A DNA stretch of 61,346 bases, counting the filler, from Stramenopiles sp. TOSAG23-2 (lineage: Eukaryota): assembly GCA_900128395.1 (NCBI GenBank). It is 4 parts of 4 records of this genome, joined end to end, with 100 filler letters (N's around TTAATTAATTAA, not from the genome) between each part and the next. Parts side by side here need not be neighbours in the genome. Positions count along the whole stretch, not along the records: positions 1 to 15,302 come from LT649717.1; 3 more parts are not named here. One strand, written 5' to 3'. Shown one piece after another: positions 1 to 11,079 of this stretch. The translations under genes and the position numbers were made by a program. A model generated the notes under the pieces. It made no database searches, was not told the DNA's origin, and saw nothing but the letters and a program-made list of their open reading frames with translations. Position 1 is the stretch's first letter, and every line of letters begins with the position of its first letter.

Positions 1-444
1 AAATGCCAATTTTATTTTTCATATATTTGTGAAAAAATAGCAAATATCCGAAAATATAGGGAAAATGATGAATATTTCCCCATAGTGAATAGTGTTAAGT
101 GCACAGTCTTAGAGGGTAGCACTGCGCACCACACCACCACCACCACCGCCACAGAGAGGTATTTGTTTCTTCCTGGCGGCACCCATGTATTGAAAATTGA
201 ATATTATTAGCTATAACGAACTTGAGAAAAAAAATAATAGAAGTGGTCGATGTGTGTGTGTGAGTAGATATAGTTGTCATCTCTCATTGTTCATTATATA
301 TATATATAGAGAGAGAGAAGATATATCTATTTCATCGTTTTACATACAAGCATTCATTTTAATGTTTGCATCTGTATATATATATAACTAAATAACAAGA
401 AATTGGTATATATTATTATTTTACAATTTTTGATTAAAAAAACA

Positions 445-3400
445 ATGAAGAAAAATATTATGTGTTTAATTGATATAGCAAATGATGAAAAACTATTGCA
501 ACCTACTATATCAGCCAATACAACAACAACTGAAACTATTAGCGAAAATTATCTACAGGCACCAATATATGCAAACAAATTAAAAACAACGCTGGGTCGG
601 ATTGTATCATCATTCATTTCAAGTCACGAGCAGAATAAACATAATAATAATAGTAATAATAATAATACCACAACAAAATCTGAAACAAAGCAACTAAATT
701 TACAATGGTCATTTCGTTTATTTCATTCATTAAAGCAATTATCACCAAATGATCTAAGGCGAACTATCAATAACAATGTTAGTAGTAATAACAATAATGA
801 TAATAAAACTACCAACTCTGACAATGTATTAAATCATAATGATCACGATAACCAATATGTATATAAACAAATGATACAAAATACATGTTTTCATACTAGT
901 AATTTGATTTCGTTAACGAATTTTGAAAATAATTTATACGAATTTTTAAAACATATTAACAATAACAACAACAATGCAAATAATAGTTCATTTTTCGAAA
1001 ACAACAACAGCAATACCAGTTCTAATAGGAAAATGGTACAGCGACGTCATGGGCTGTTATGTAAAATATTGATGGATGTGTTAAAACCATCTGAATGGGT
1101 AGTAAATGAAGATAATAATAACAACGATGAAAATTTATATACTTTTTCCAACCATGATGATGATCAAGATAATGATACATTTGAACATAAATGTACAAAT
1201 TACATATTTTTATTTACACCGTATCCAACGAATATGAAACAATTTAAATTCTTGTTGAATACACCAAGGTCTACATCTGTTAGTAAAGCGACAGAAGGAA
1301 ACAAAAACAGTAAAATGAATTATGATGATAATGACGACAATAATAATTTTGAAAAACAAAAACAAATGGTTAATCATTCAATTGATGCAGTACATAAATT
1401 ACTTCAAAATTCATTTGAAAAAATGTCCATAAAATTAATATGGATCGATACAACAACATTGTCATCACTAAGTGTTAACAATAGTGGTATAAATGATGAT
1501 CATGTTTTAAACGTGGGTGTGCAACAGCTTCATCGTATTCGTCAGGAATCATATTTATATAGAACTGGTTGTATGAGACTTTCAAAGCAATTAGGCTTTA
1601 CAGGCTTTACCATGAATGAATTATTATTTAAATCAAAACTTATATCGATTGATCAAATGTTACAGGATCATTTTTTTCACACAGATAATTCAGATAATAC
1701 AATAAATAATGAATACAAGAACAAGAATAATATGAAAAAAGTAAGAGATACTAAACGCGAATATCAGATTTCACAACCAATTTTTCATGGAGAGATGTGC
1801 TTAAATAATATTGCCAATAAAAAGGTAGACGTTGATACTCGTATTAATGTTGAGGTAGTCACATTAGGTAATTGTGAAAATGCAACAAAAAAGGATCGGC
1901 ATAGCAATAGTTCTACGACTACTATCATGTCAAATACATTGGCACATAAATTTATACTTGAAAATGTTACATCATATGATCGATGTATGCATATGTATCA
2001 AACCAACTTGATTACGCATATATGCAAGCCATCGATTATGAATCAACATGCTGATAACAATATTATTGACGATGCAACAAATATCCAAAATTTCCAAACA
2101 TTAATGCTCTACTTATCAACAAATAAGAAATGTGCTGTTGTATCAGTATATGAGATGGAAGAGGATAATAGTACATTAGGGGAAGAACATCTCGCAGAAG
2201 TGGAAAATATTTTTAGCGATGATAATGATGATGATATTGAAAGTAGCAGCAGTGGTGATAGTGAACTTACAGCACCAACAACAACGACTATTACCACTAC
2301 TACAACAAGAACTATCACGGATCCCATCATGCAAAATGATAATCGGAATGAACCTAAAATGAAATTTGCCAAATTGTTAATGTTAAAACCTATGACTCCA
2401 ATTACTGCATTGGTATCCATATTGCCAACATACATAGATCAATTAATTGATCATAAAACGTTGGTATCCCCCGAACTTGCAGGTAATGTTCTACCAACTA
2501 GTGAAAATATGAACACCAATAAAAGTAATTGTGTCATTTCATCATTAAGTATTGATGGGTTTATGTGCCCACCGCCATCTACTATGTTAAATTTAAATAC
2601 GTATAAAGATGATGATACTGATAATAACGTGTATCCTCTACAAAATACTATTGCAAGCAAACATTCAAGTATTGTAGTTACTCGTAAACATACAAGAAAC
2701 AATGGTAGTGATAATCATCATAATAGTAATGATACTGATAGCAGTCAAATGACTATGATAATTTCTTCATCTTCTTCAGATATGGAAGATGAAGATGGAA
2801 TGTTTTCATCGTCCAATGTGTCAAATACGCAAGATGTATTAACAACAGATGATGATGATGGGGAGGAGGTTGGAAAAAAGAATGATGAAAGTGATATGAA
2901 CGATCAGGTACAAATCGAACTTAATGTTGATGCTGTAGGAGTAGTTGATGAAAATGATACACTCAATGTGGAGAATGGGCAATATAATACTGCACAAACA
3001 AATGATAGCAAGGTGAATTCACATCAATATGATATAATTTCAGATTTGATTCAAGAATATGGTATGGTAGATTCAATCCATTTCAAAAAAGGAAATGACC
3101 AGAAAAGTCATCTTAATAATGATGATGATGATGTGAATGAAGTATCTTTATCAAATTCAACAACGTTGGATGCAGGATCAACAAAAGTAGAGACCAACAA
3201 TACAACGACGAAGACGACAGCAACAATGAATACTTTTCTTAATGGTAATGAAACTCATAGTACCAACACAACAACCAATTCGCAGATGAAAGAACAATTG
3301 GAGAATAAACACAAACAAGAGAAACTAGTATTGTCATCACCATCAATTTCACCGGAAAAAGAAAGTGAAGCAGATAGAATTGCAAATGCATTCAGTGCAT

Positions 3401-4890
3401 TTAAAGAATCTTGTGAAAATTTATTGACTACAAATAGGAAATCTAATATGCGTGACTTATCCAAACAAATATTGCCCACATTGTATACAAAACTTGGAAG
3501 TAAAGATGGTAGAAACAAATATTTACCTGTAGTAACGTGTAAACAAATACGAACGTTTATTAAAGACCAGTTATTAATTGGTAAAACGGATTTGAAAAAG
3601 AAATATATGGCAAAAAAAAAACCAAAGCCGAAAGTGTTATCTACACCAACCGCATCTACTACTGAAACCAATACAGCACTCTTACGTGAAAATAAAATTT
3701 ATGATTACCAAATCCAAATATATTTAAGGATGGAAGTTGCATCGTTGGCTAGAATAGCAGAAGCTGCTTCTATGGATACACCAACAGCACCAACGTTAAA
3801 GCCACGTGATCCAATCAAAGCAAAGAATTTAGACGATATATGTTCACTATTACAATCGATTTCGTTTTTAATGGATGCAAATGCGAAAAAATCACATTTG
3901 CAAAATAACAACAATCGAAATCATATGAATAGTACTAATAATTACAACAATACTTGCAATATATCGATTAGTAAATTTCTAGACTTGTTTTTAGTTAATG
4001 ATTTTAAGCGTATTTTACCATTGACATTGTTTGAACTTTACGATGAGTTGAATATTGAATTATCGCCATCATTAGTCGCATTAAAATCAAAGTTATTGTT
4101 GCAAAATGTTCATATTGATCATAGTAGTAGCGAAGGTAATAATAGTAATCATAATAACAATAATAATAATTATACGCCATTAAATGGTAACAATAATTTA
4201 GAAAAAGCATTAGTCACGTCCCCTTCCATTTACCATGACATAAATAGTAATATGTCATTATCGCGTACAAATAGTGATAGTAGTACAAGTAGTGGCAACA
4301 ACAATACAACAACAATGATGCCATCAGATGGAACGATTGATGTCAAGAATAAGAAGAATAACAATAAAAATCATATTAAAGGTGTGACTGTAAATAGTTC
4401 CTTAGATCGTGCTGGTGGATTAGTAACAGAGAGAAAAGCACTTTTGAATAATTTTACTCAAAAGTTATCGAATCCAAAATTGTTATTTAGATCAGTGATT
4501 GTGCCAAAATCGAAAAAAACAAATCGTATGCCTCGAAAAAATGGTATTAATAAAAGTAATAATAATAATAATAACAAAACATTATTTGGATCAAAAAATA
4601 ATCGTAGGAGGAATCAAAGATCCAGATATACAAAACATGATAATTCTACGAATAGTAATAGCAATGTTAGAAATAATGTACGTAAAAGAAAAAAAGCAAG
4701 TAGTGGAACAACTAATATTAATATTGTTGAAGAAACACCAGAAAGAAAGAAAATTAAGAAAAAGAAAACAAAAAAGAAACAAGGTGGTGGTAATAATAGT
4801 AGTATTGTTGGTCAAGATAGCAGCAATAATAATGGCACTGACGGTAGTACAACATTAGTAAAGAGAAATAGTTTTCGGCAGTTGTTTTAA
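445..4890 (+). CDS. TICRR: Treslin/TICRR (Sld3)-like DNA replication initiation factor
   Basis: N-terminal motifs in Treslin order (MCLIDIA, LQWSFRLFHS, LMDVLKPSEW, NYIFLFTPYP, IKLIWIDTT); Sld3/Treslin-domain motifs KIYDYQIQIYLRME and LPLTLFELYDELNI; CDK-type site IVEETPERK near the C-terminus. First ATG at 445 (ORF track starts at TTG 403). Confidence 0.75.
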   Translation: MKKNIMCLIDIANDEKLLQPTISANTTTTETISENYLQAPIYANKLKTTLGRIVSSFISSHEQNKHNNNSNNNNTTTKSETKQLNLQWSFRLFHSLKQLSPNDLRRTINNNVSSNNNNDNKTTNSDNVLNHNDHDNQYVYKQMIQNTCFHTSNLISLTNFENNLYEFLKHINNNNNNANNSSFFENNNSNTSSNRKMVQRRHGLLCKILMDVLKPSEWVVNEDNNNNDENLYTFSNHDDDQDNDTFEHKCTNYIFLFTPYPTNMKQFKFLLNTPRSTSVSKATEGNKNSKMNYDDNDDNNNFEKQKQMVNHSIDAVHKLLQNSFEKMSIKLIWIDTTTLSSLSVNNSGINDDHVLNVGVQQLHRIRQESYLYRTGCMRLSKQLGFTGFTMNELLFKSKLISIDQMLQDHFFHTDNSDNTINNEYKNKNNMKKVRDTKREYQISQPIFHGEMCLNNIANKKVDVDTRINVEVVTLGNCENATKKDRHSNSSTTTIMSNTLAHKFILENVTSYDRCMHMYQTNLITHICKPSIMNQHADNNIIDDATNIQNFQTLMLYLSTNKKCAVVSVYEMEEDNSTLGEEHLAEVENIFSDDNDDDIESSSSGDSELTAPTTTTITTTTTRTITDPIMQNDNRNEPKMKFAKLLMLKPMTPITALVSILPTYIDQLIDHKTLVSPELAGNVLPTSENMNTNKSNCVISSLSIDGFMCPPPSTMLNLNTYKDDDTDNNVYPLQNTIASKHSSIVVTRKHTRNNGSDNHHNSNDTDSSQMTMIISSSSSDMEDEDGMFSSSNVSNTQDVLTTDDDDGEEVGKKNDESDMNDQVQIELNVDAVGVVDENDTLNVENGQYNTAQTNDSKVNSHQYDIISDLIQEYGMVDSIHFKKGNDQKSHLNNDDDDVNEVSLSNSTTLDAGSTKVETNNTTTKTTATMNTFLNGNETHSTNTTTNSQMKEQLENKHKQEKLVLSSPSISPEKESEADRIANAFSAFKESCENLLTTNRKSNMRDLSKQILPTLYTKLGSKDGRNKYLPVVTCKQIRTFIKDQLLIGKTDLKKKYMAKKKPKPKVLSTPTASTTETNTALLRENKIYDYQIQIYLRMEVASLARIAEAASMDTPTAPTLKPRDPIKAKNLDDICSLLQSISFLMDANAKKSHLQNNNNRNHMNSTNNYNNTCNISISKFLDLFLVNDFKRILPLTLFELYDELNIELSPSLVALKSKLLLQNVHIDHSSSEGNNSNHNNNNNNYTPLNGNNNLEKALVTSPSIYHDINSNMSLSRTNSDSSTSSGNNNTTTMMPSDGTIDVKNKKNNNKNHIKGVTVNSSLDRAGGLVTERKALLNNFTQKLSNPKLLFRSVIVPKSKKTNRMPRKNGINKSNNNNNNKTLFGSKNNRRRNQRSRYTKHDNSTNSNSNVRNNVRKRKKASSGTTNINIVEETPERKKIKKKKTKKKQGGGNNSSIVGQDSSNNNGTDGSTTLVKRNSFRQLF

Positions 4891-5072
4891 AAAAAAAATA
4901 CGTTCCGTAAAAAACAAGAATCGAATCTGCGAGAGAGTGCTTTGTATTTGGAGTTACACAAATATATTTTGTGGTGTGGTACACATTTTTATATTTTGAA
5001 TAATATTACGAAGTATATTTTATGTATTTTATATTTTTTATTTTTTCATGTACACAAAAAATAAAAACATTT

Positions 5073-5372
5073 TTATTTTTTACCTTCATCCCCACCGTCA
5101 CCTTCATTTGCGACTTCAATAATTTCATAAGTAGCACCTTCACCTAATCTATATACCAAATATATAACTGCATCATTTTCTACTTCTTGATCACCCACCG
5201 TAGCTTCATCTTCAAATACACGTTCCCTATCAGAACCAATCAATCTCAAAGTAGCTGGGTCTTTCGAGACAATACCACCTAATTTCGTTTTTACACTAGC
5301 AAAAGAGTCCGTTGGATTAACTCTTAAAAATATAGTATCCTTATGCCTTTTGACACGTAAATACATCGACAT
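5073..5372 (-). CDS. ELOB: Elongin B-like ubiquitin-fold protein
   Basis: MYLRVKRHKDTIF...TVGDQEVENDAVIYLVYR resembles plant/protist Elongin B-like proteins; 99 aa. Confidence 0.75.
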   Translation of the reverse strand: MSMYLRVKRHKDTIFLRVNPTDSFASVKTKLGGIVSKDPATLRLIGSDRERVFEDEATVGDQEVENDAVIYLVYRLGEGATYEIIEVANEGDGGDEGKK

Positions 5373-5807
5373 CTTTGGCTTTGAAAAGAATTTCTTTGTA
5401 TCTATTCAATATCTAATTCGTTCGGTTTACCTAGAAGAATAAAATTGAACAAAAAAAACAATTTAATAAAAGTGATAAATAAATGTAAATAATGATATGG
5501 AACTATGTAAATGAATTTACTAATAATTGTTTTTGTTATTTTAAAAAAACGTTAATTCATAAATTTTTCAAGAAAGAAGAGATTTTTCTTCTCTTCTTCT
5601 TCTCTCACTGCCCGGTGAATTTAATTTTTGGTATTCTAATTTCCCTTTCAAGTATAACTTATGTGTCATTTAATAGGTTAAGGTGAAAAATCTACAAATC
5701 TACCACAGCGAAAAAGAGAGAGATATTTTAATATTATCTATATTTAAAATATTTATAATATACAAATTGTACACTGTAAAAATCAAAAAAGTTTTAAAAC
5801 AATATTT

Positions 5808-5972
5808 TTAACAAATGCATTCCCCTGTCTCTATTAATTGCCAACAAATAGAACATACTTTTGGTATTGGGAAACCGTGTTCACGACATGGATCTGGTTC
5901 CCATAATCCTTCATTGTGAAAAATAGGAATACCTTTTGAATCTATTAATTTTAAATTATTTGTTATTGATTT
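5808..5972 (-). pseudogene. Orphan C-terminal gene fragment (Cys-rich tail)
   Basis: Minus-strand frame reads KSITNNLKLIDSKGIPIFHNEGLWEPDPCREHGFPIPKVCSICWQLIETGECIC* with no start codon; abuts the ankyrin fragment back to back. Confidence 0.4.
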
Positions 5973-5973
5973 A

Positions 5974-6441
5974 ATGACATTGAAAGAATACGTGAATCAA
6001 GTCGGTAAAGATAGTGATGATTGGGAATATACACCTTTAATTGCAGCTGCAAAATACGAACATTTCCAAATAGTTAAATATTTGATTGAACAAGGTGAAG
6101 CTGATCCTAATATTGCAGATAGTAATGGAAAATGGATGAGGCACTTGGACAACTTATAGGTATTGGTAATGCATTGAAAAAACGTAATAGTATGGATAAA
6201 GCGAAAGATTGCAGATAGTAATGGATATAATGCATTACATAAAGCAGCACGTTATAACGAAAAGGATACTAAGGTGATTGAGTTCTTATTAACTAATATG
6301 CCTCTTAATAGCATTAATAAGAAGACCAGGTCCGGGGGAGACACTCCCCTGGACAGGGCATATGATAATAATAATAGTCCAATTAAACAAAAGATCATTG
6401 ATCTTATACGTTCAAAAGGTGGAAAACGTGAAAGTGAATAG
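5974..6441 (+). pseudogene. Ankyrin-repeat gene/fragment disrupted by an insertion
   Basis: YTPLIAAAKYEHFQIVKYLIEQGEADPNIADSNG, resuming after the insert as IADSNGYNALHKAARYN...GDTPLDRA...GGKRESE*; a 96-bp net insertion introduces in-frame stops. Confidence 0.75.
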
Positions 6442-6604
6442 AATTATGTGAGATGTGAGATTATGTGAAAATGATTTTTTAATTTTTTTAGTCCAATTAA
6501 ACAAAAGATCATTGATCTTATACGTTCAAAAGGTGGAAAACGTGAAAGTGAATAGAATTATGTGAGATGTGAGATTATGTGAAAATGATTTTTTAATTTT
6601 TTTA
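6375..6604 (+). repeat. Tandem duplication, 114-bp period, 2 copies
   Basis: tagtccaattaaacaaaagatc...gattttttaattttttta starts at 6375 and at 6489. Confidence 0.9.
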
Positions 6605-7481
6605 AATTTTACATACATACACAGACCTATATTACAGTGTTTTAGTTTTAGTCTGATAGAAAAGGACCAATAAATTTTAATCATATACATATTTAAGATT
6701 TCAGTGCATTTGATAGGATATTTTTACACTACTCTGATGCTGTGTATATACTAAATAACCACTAAAAAACCTTTGTGTGCTTTTATATAAATATTTATAC
6801 TCTAATTAGTATAACATTTACTATACGATATTTTACAGTGTAGTTTAAGTACAACTTATATGTTTTGGAACTCATATTTCGAATATTTTATTACCAGATT
6901 ACACTCCATCAAGATAAATAACTAGACCAATAACAGAAAAAATATTTTAAACTTTTTAAAATAATTCATGAAAAACTTGAATACATACCGTTTATGCATT
7001 ATATTGTAACTATTGATGTATTTAAAATACTTCAATAGTCATATTAAGAAGAAAACATGGCGTAAATATCAATTGGGTATACTGTAATTGTTAAATGATA
7101 TGGATGATTGTTGCCATTTACCATTTTAATTAGTATAATATCACCGTTGGAATAGTATTATTATTCAGTTGTAATTTTAATTTTAATTCAACTTGGGCTT
7201 CTTGTCCATTTATTTATGTCAAGTCAAAAAAAACCAAATTTTTAACTATTATTAATCGATGTAGTTTTACAAACTGTTTCTCCCAATGTATGGTTTCCCA
7301 ATGTCGTTTTTTGTCCAAAGTTGTGTAATTTCCACTGGAACGGAACGATGTCGCCAAGATAAAATAACAAATATATATATTTTTTTTCTATATTTGTTTG
7401 TTCAGAAAAAAATATTTCATGTGTGTTGAAAGGTTTCATACACATGTAACATGTATATATTAGCCTTCTGTCGGGGGACTT

Positions 7482-7811
7482 TTAGAAGTGGCTGTTTTTG
7501 GCCACTTGCTAAAAAAATGGAATTTTTGATGCTATTTCCTAATAAAGCAGTATGGAATAGCATTGATAAAATTCATTAAAAATATAACACATGAAATTAA
7601 TCTAATTAAATATTTCCGATTTTTAATCGCCTATATGTAGTCAAAGTTTAGTATAAGGTTGAGTAGTTGTTGATGTTATTTTCATGTAAGCAATAATCCC
7701 CCGGCTGTACTTGTAGAAATCGTTCACAGAAAAACGACCAGAAAACAATGGATACATTTCCACACACATATACTGTTTGATCAAATTAGAAGTGGCTGTT
7801 TTTGGCCACTT
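7482..7811. repeat. Two identical 26-bp hairpin motifs 304 bp apart
   Basis: ttagAAGTGGCtgtttttgGCCACTT at 7482-7507 and 7786-7811. Confidence 0.8.
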
Positions 7812-8057
7812 CCACCTTAAGCGCTCTGTATTTATCTTATTGAAAATCCTTTTTAGTCATCTTTAGTGGTTTAGGTTTATTGCATGGTTTTATCCCATCC
7901 TTAACGATTTTTTGTAGTAGAATACTCTGAGTATTTCTTAATAATTTGTGTAGATTGATTAGACTACACAAAATAGCCCCTATCAAAAGTGTCTATTTTT
8001 CTTGCCGAAACTAAAATATATGTATGTTTTCCAGATGGATTTATATAATGTGAATAG

Positions 8058-8555
8058 CAGGTAGTTTGTAAAATATCATACGAAAAATGTCGGAAAGGTC
8101 CAACTAAAAATCAAACATTTGGTTTAAATAATTTAAAAGAGTCTTTGACGGAGATGGAAAAACTTGTAGAGACATATATGAATCGTGGAACATTTGGCCA
8201 GATATTTAAAGCAAATACATTTAAAGATAAGTATGAATCAATTGATAAAGATATACATGATGCGATTGAATTAGTACAATTAGGGTTAGGATCAGAAATT
8301 TTAAATCAAAATAATAAATTATTAGAACAAACAAAGTTTATCATGGATTTAGACGAGAAAATGGATGAGGCACTTGGACAACTTAAAGGTATTGGTAATG
8401 CATTGAAAAAACGTAATAGTATGGATAAAGCGAAAGATCAAGTAGAATCAGTCATAGATCAAAACGAAATTGATCCAAATGATATAGAAATTTTAGAAAA
8501 TGAATCACTAGGTGCTGGTGGTTTTGGTGAAGTATTTAAAGCAAGACATGACTAA
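8058..8555 (+). pseudogene. Fragment of an MLKL-like helical-bundle + protein kinase gene
   Basis: Helical segment LKESLTEMEKLVETY...IFKANTFKDKYESIDKDIHDAIELVQL, then a coiled coil, then kinase subdomain I (LGAGGFGEVFKA), then a stop before the catalytic Lys. Confidence 0.55.
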
Positions 8556-9119
8556 GGTAAAACCACAAGATTCGGAATCTAATGTACCACCATTTGCTGC
8601 AACCTCAACTAGAATAGAGAAAGCATAGGATATATGCATAAATTTCAGACAATTCACTTTTTTTTTAGAAAATATTTTATTTACGTTGTGATTGAAATGA
8701 TATATTTTATTAAATAATATTTATAAACACCTCATCTCCTCCGCCCCGCCCCCTCCATCAAAAACTTAATATTATCACATTTTTGGCATTGTCAAAAGCA
8801 AAAAAGGCAAAAAAAATATATATATAAGAGAATGTACTATGGTATATTTTTTTAATGGTGCTGTGTTGATACTACTGCAAGTTTAGGTTCAACAAAGCCC
8901 TTAATAATTTTGTTCTTAGTCCCTGTTTTTATCTAATCTCTCCTCTCCGTCTGTCTTATACCAGGTAATAATAATAAAAATACTTTTCAGTATATATAAC
9001 TATAACACAAGATATATACTATCATGTATCATAGACTAAGCTAGACAATATTATATACATATATATACGAGAACAAAACAAACGAAGATATATAAAAATA
9101 ACAATAAAATTTTAACAAA

Positions 9120-9995
9120 ATGTCTAGATCATTTTTAAAACCAAATTTAACGGATGGATCGGAAACTGGTCTATTTGGTGTCAATAATGAAGGTAAAGTT
9201 GCAGTAGTTATAGGTGTTGGTGACAGAAATGGACTTGGTGGTGCAATTGCATATCGTATTGCACAAGCTGGTTACCATGTTGTCATGTGTGGTAGAACAC
9301 AGAAAAAAATGGACGATACAAAAGCAAATATTGAGAAAGATACACCAGGCAGTGCAAGTGCCATTGTATTTGAATGCATTGGACCTAGTGCAGAATTTGG
9401 TGTTGCTGCTACGGATGGTAATTTAATGGAATCAGAAGTTGTGAATGCATTTAAATTTGCACAAACAAAAGGTACTATTGATTTAGTAGTACAAAATCAA
9501 GGTCCAAATATGATTCCACCAGATGGTCGTGATATGCGAAATATGTCCTCCGGCTTTATTAAATACATGTGGGAAAACAACATGTTAATTTCATTTTTAG
9601 TTGGAAGAGAAGCAGCACGTGTAATGGTTAAAGGTGATGGTGGAAAACCATGTGGATCATTGATATTTACTGGTGCTACTGGTGGATTACGTGGTAAACC
9701 ACCATTCATTGCATTTGCACAAGGTAAAGCAGGTGTTCGCTTTTTAGCACAAAGCATGGGAAGAGAATTTGGACCAAAAGGTTTACATGTTGCACATGTT
9801 ATCATCGATGGTGCTGTTGATGGCGCACGTTTACACAACGTATATGGTGGTAAAGATAATTTTGATAAAAAAAATGGTAAATGGGGTGGATTAAACGTTG
9901 ATCATGCTGCTAATGCATTTTTTTCATTACATAAACAACATCCAAGTGCATGGACACATGAAATTGAATTAAGACCATGGGTAGAAAATTGGTAA
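9120..9995 (+). CDS. Short-chain dehydrogenase/reductase (atypical FxxxK subtype)
   Basis: Rossmann motif VVIGVGDRNGLGGAIA; IFTGAT; AFAQGK (Tyr replaced by Phe); GLHVAHVIIDG; C-terminal QHPSAWTHEIELRP typical of this bacterial-like subfamily. Confidence 0.9.
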   Translation: MSRSFLKPNLTDGSETGLFGVNNEGKVAVVIGVGDRNGLGGAIAYRIAQAGYHVVMCGRTQKKMDDTKANIEKDTPGSASAIVFECIGPSAEFGVAATDGNLMESEVVNAFKFAQTKGTIDLVVQNQGPNMIPPDGRDMRNMSSGFIKYMWENNMLISFLVGREAARVMVKGDGGKPCGSLIFTGATGGLRGKPPFIAFAQGKAGVRFLAQSMGREFGPKGLHVAHVIIDGAVDGARLHNVYGGKDNFDKKNGKWGGLNVDHAANAFFSLHKQHPSAWTHEIELRPWVENW

Positions 9996-10341
9996 AAAAC
10001 AAAAAAAAAAACTCCACAAACACGCAATTTTATATGTGTTGGATAGTATATATAGGATGGTAGATATGTTTCTACAGAGACGTGATGGTGATATATTTGT
10101 ATGCGCACATATTTTGAGATCTTATATAAAAAAAGTTTTTTATGTTTTATGTCCCGCCATACTATTTTTTTAAAATTTAAATACTTCGTATCTAAAATAT
10201 CATATCATCAAGTACTTTTTTATAAATTACTCTGTGTAGTAAATTTATATTTTTTCTTTTTTTAAAATTCTTTTTAATTTAAAACACAACAAAATTATAT
10301 ACCACACACACCACACACATCTCATTTTACACACACCATAA

Positions 10342-11079
10342 TTATTTAATGCCACATTTTTGATACATTTCATATGTATTATATCTTAAATTGTTAATAT
10401 TAAGTATACCTTTTGTTAATTGGTTGACTTTATTAACTAAATTTTGAATCTGTTGTATTGTTTCAAACTTAATTGGATTACGAGCAAGTATGTTAAAACT
10501 AAATTGTAATTGATCTTTTTTTCCAAATGGAGTTTTTCCTAAACATGCATAACTATAAACTACTGAAATTTTCCCATCATTATCACGATCAACATGAAAA
10601 AAATAATTTGGATCAAGTTTTCCAACAATATGTCCAGCAATATCAGCATTTTCATGAAGTAAACCTGGTGTACTTGCATTGGTTGATAGTTTTCCTTTTA
10701 TATTAACAGATATTGGTATTTCACAAATATCACGCGACGTATAATGATACCATCCGCCAATGGTATTATTAGTATTTTTATGTATATCCATTGTATTAAT
10801 ACCACATTTACAAAACGACGGTAATGTTGGCTCATTTGTTGCTATCATATACCACGTACCGTTTAATTCATTTGGATCAAATTTACCTTGAAAAACAGAT
10901 GGTTGTTGTATAGTTGTATATCTTGGACAAGTATAATTAGTTGAATTTGCAAATAATATAATATTTTGATCCTCTGCTACAGATGATGCACATAATAATA
11001 ATAATAATAATAATATATATATATTCGTATATAAACAATATTGTATTACATTTCCAAAAAGAATGATTTTTTTCATCAT
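10342..11079 (-). CDS. Secreted lipocalin-like protein
   Basis: Hydrophobic signal (ILLLLLLLCASSVA), FDPNELNGTWYMIA (lipocalin GxWY motif), several Cys. Start at 11079 is inferred. Confidence 0.65.
   Translation of the reverse strand: MMKKIILFGNVIQYCLYTNIYILLLLLLLCASSVAEDQNIILFANSTNYTCPRYTTIQQPSVFQGKFDPNELNGTWYMIATNEPTLPSFCKCGINTMDIHKNTNNTIGGWYHYTSRDICEIPISVNIKGKLSTNASTPGLLHENADIAGHIVGKLDPNYFFHVDRDNDGKISVVYSYACLGKTPFGKKDQLQFSFNILARNPIKFETIQQIQNLVNKVNQLTKGILNINNLRYNTYEMYQKCGIK

Noticed and set aside
95-185. GC-richer islands as tRNA/snRNA candidates (also ~17590-17700, 31030-31100, 36725-36870)
   Set aside because: No cloverleaf, A/B boxes or snRNA signature could be identified by eye; an Infernal/tRNAscan run would be needed.
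6160-6214. Possible GT-AG intron rescuing the ankyrin gene
   Set aside because: An in-frame TAG at 6157-6159 would remain in the exon.
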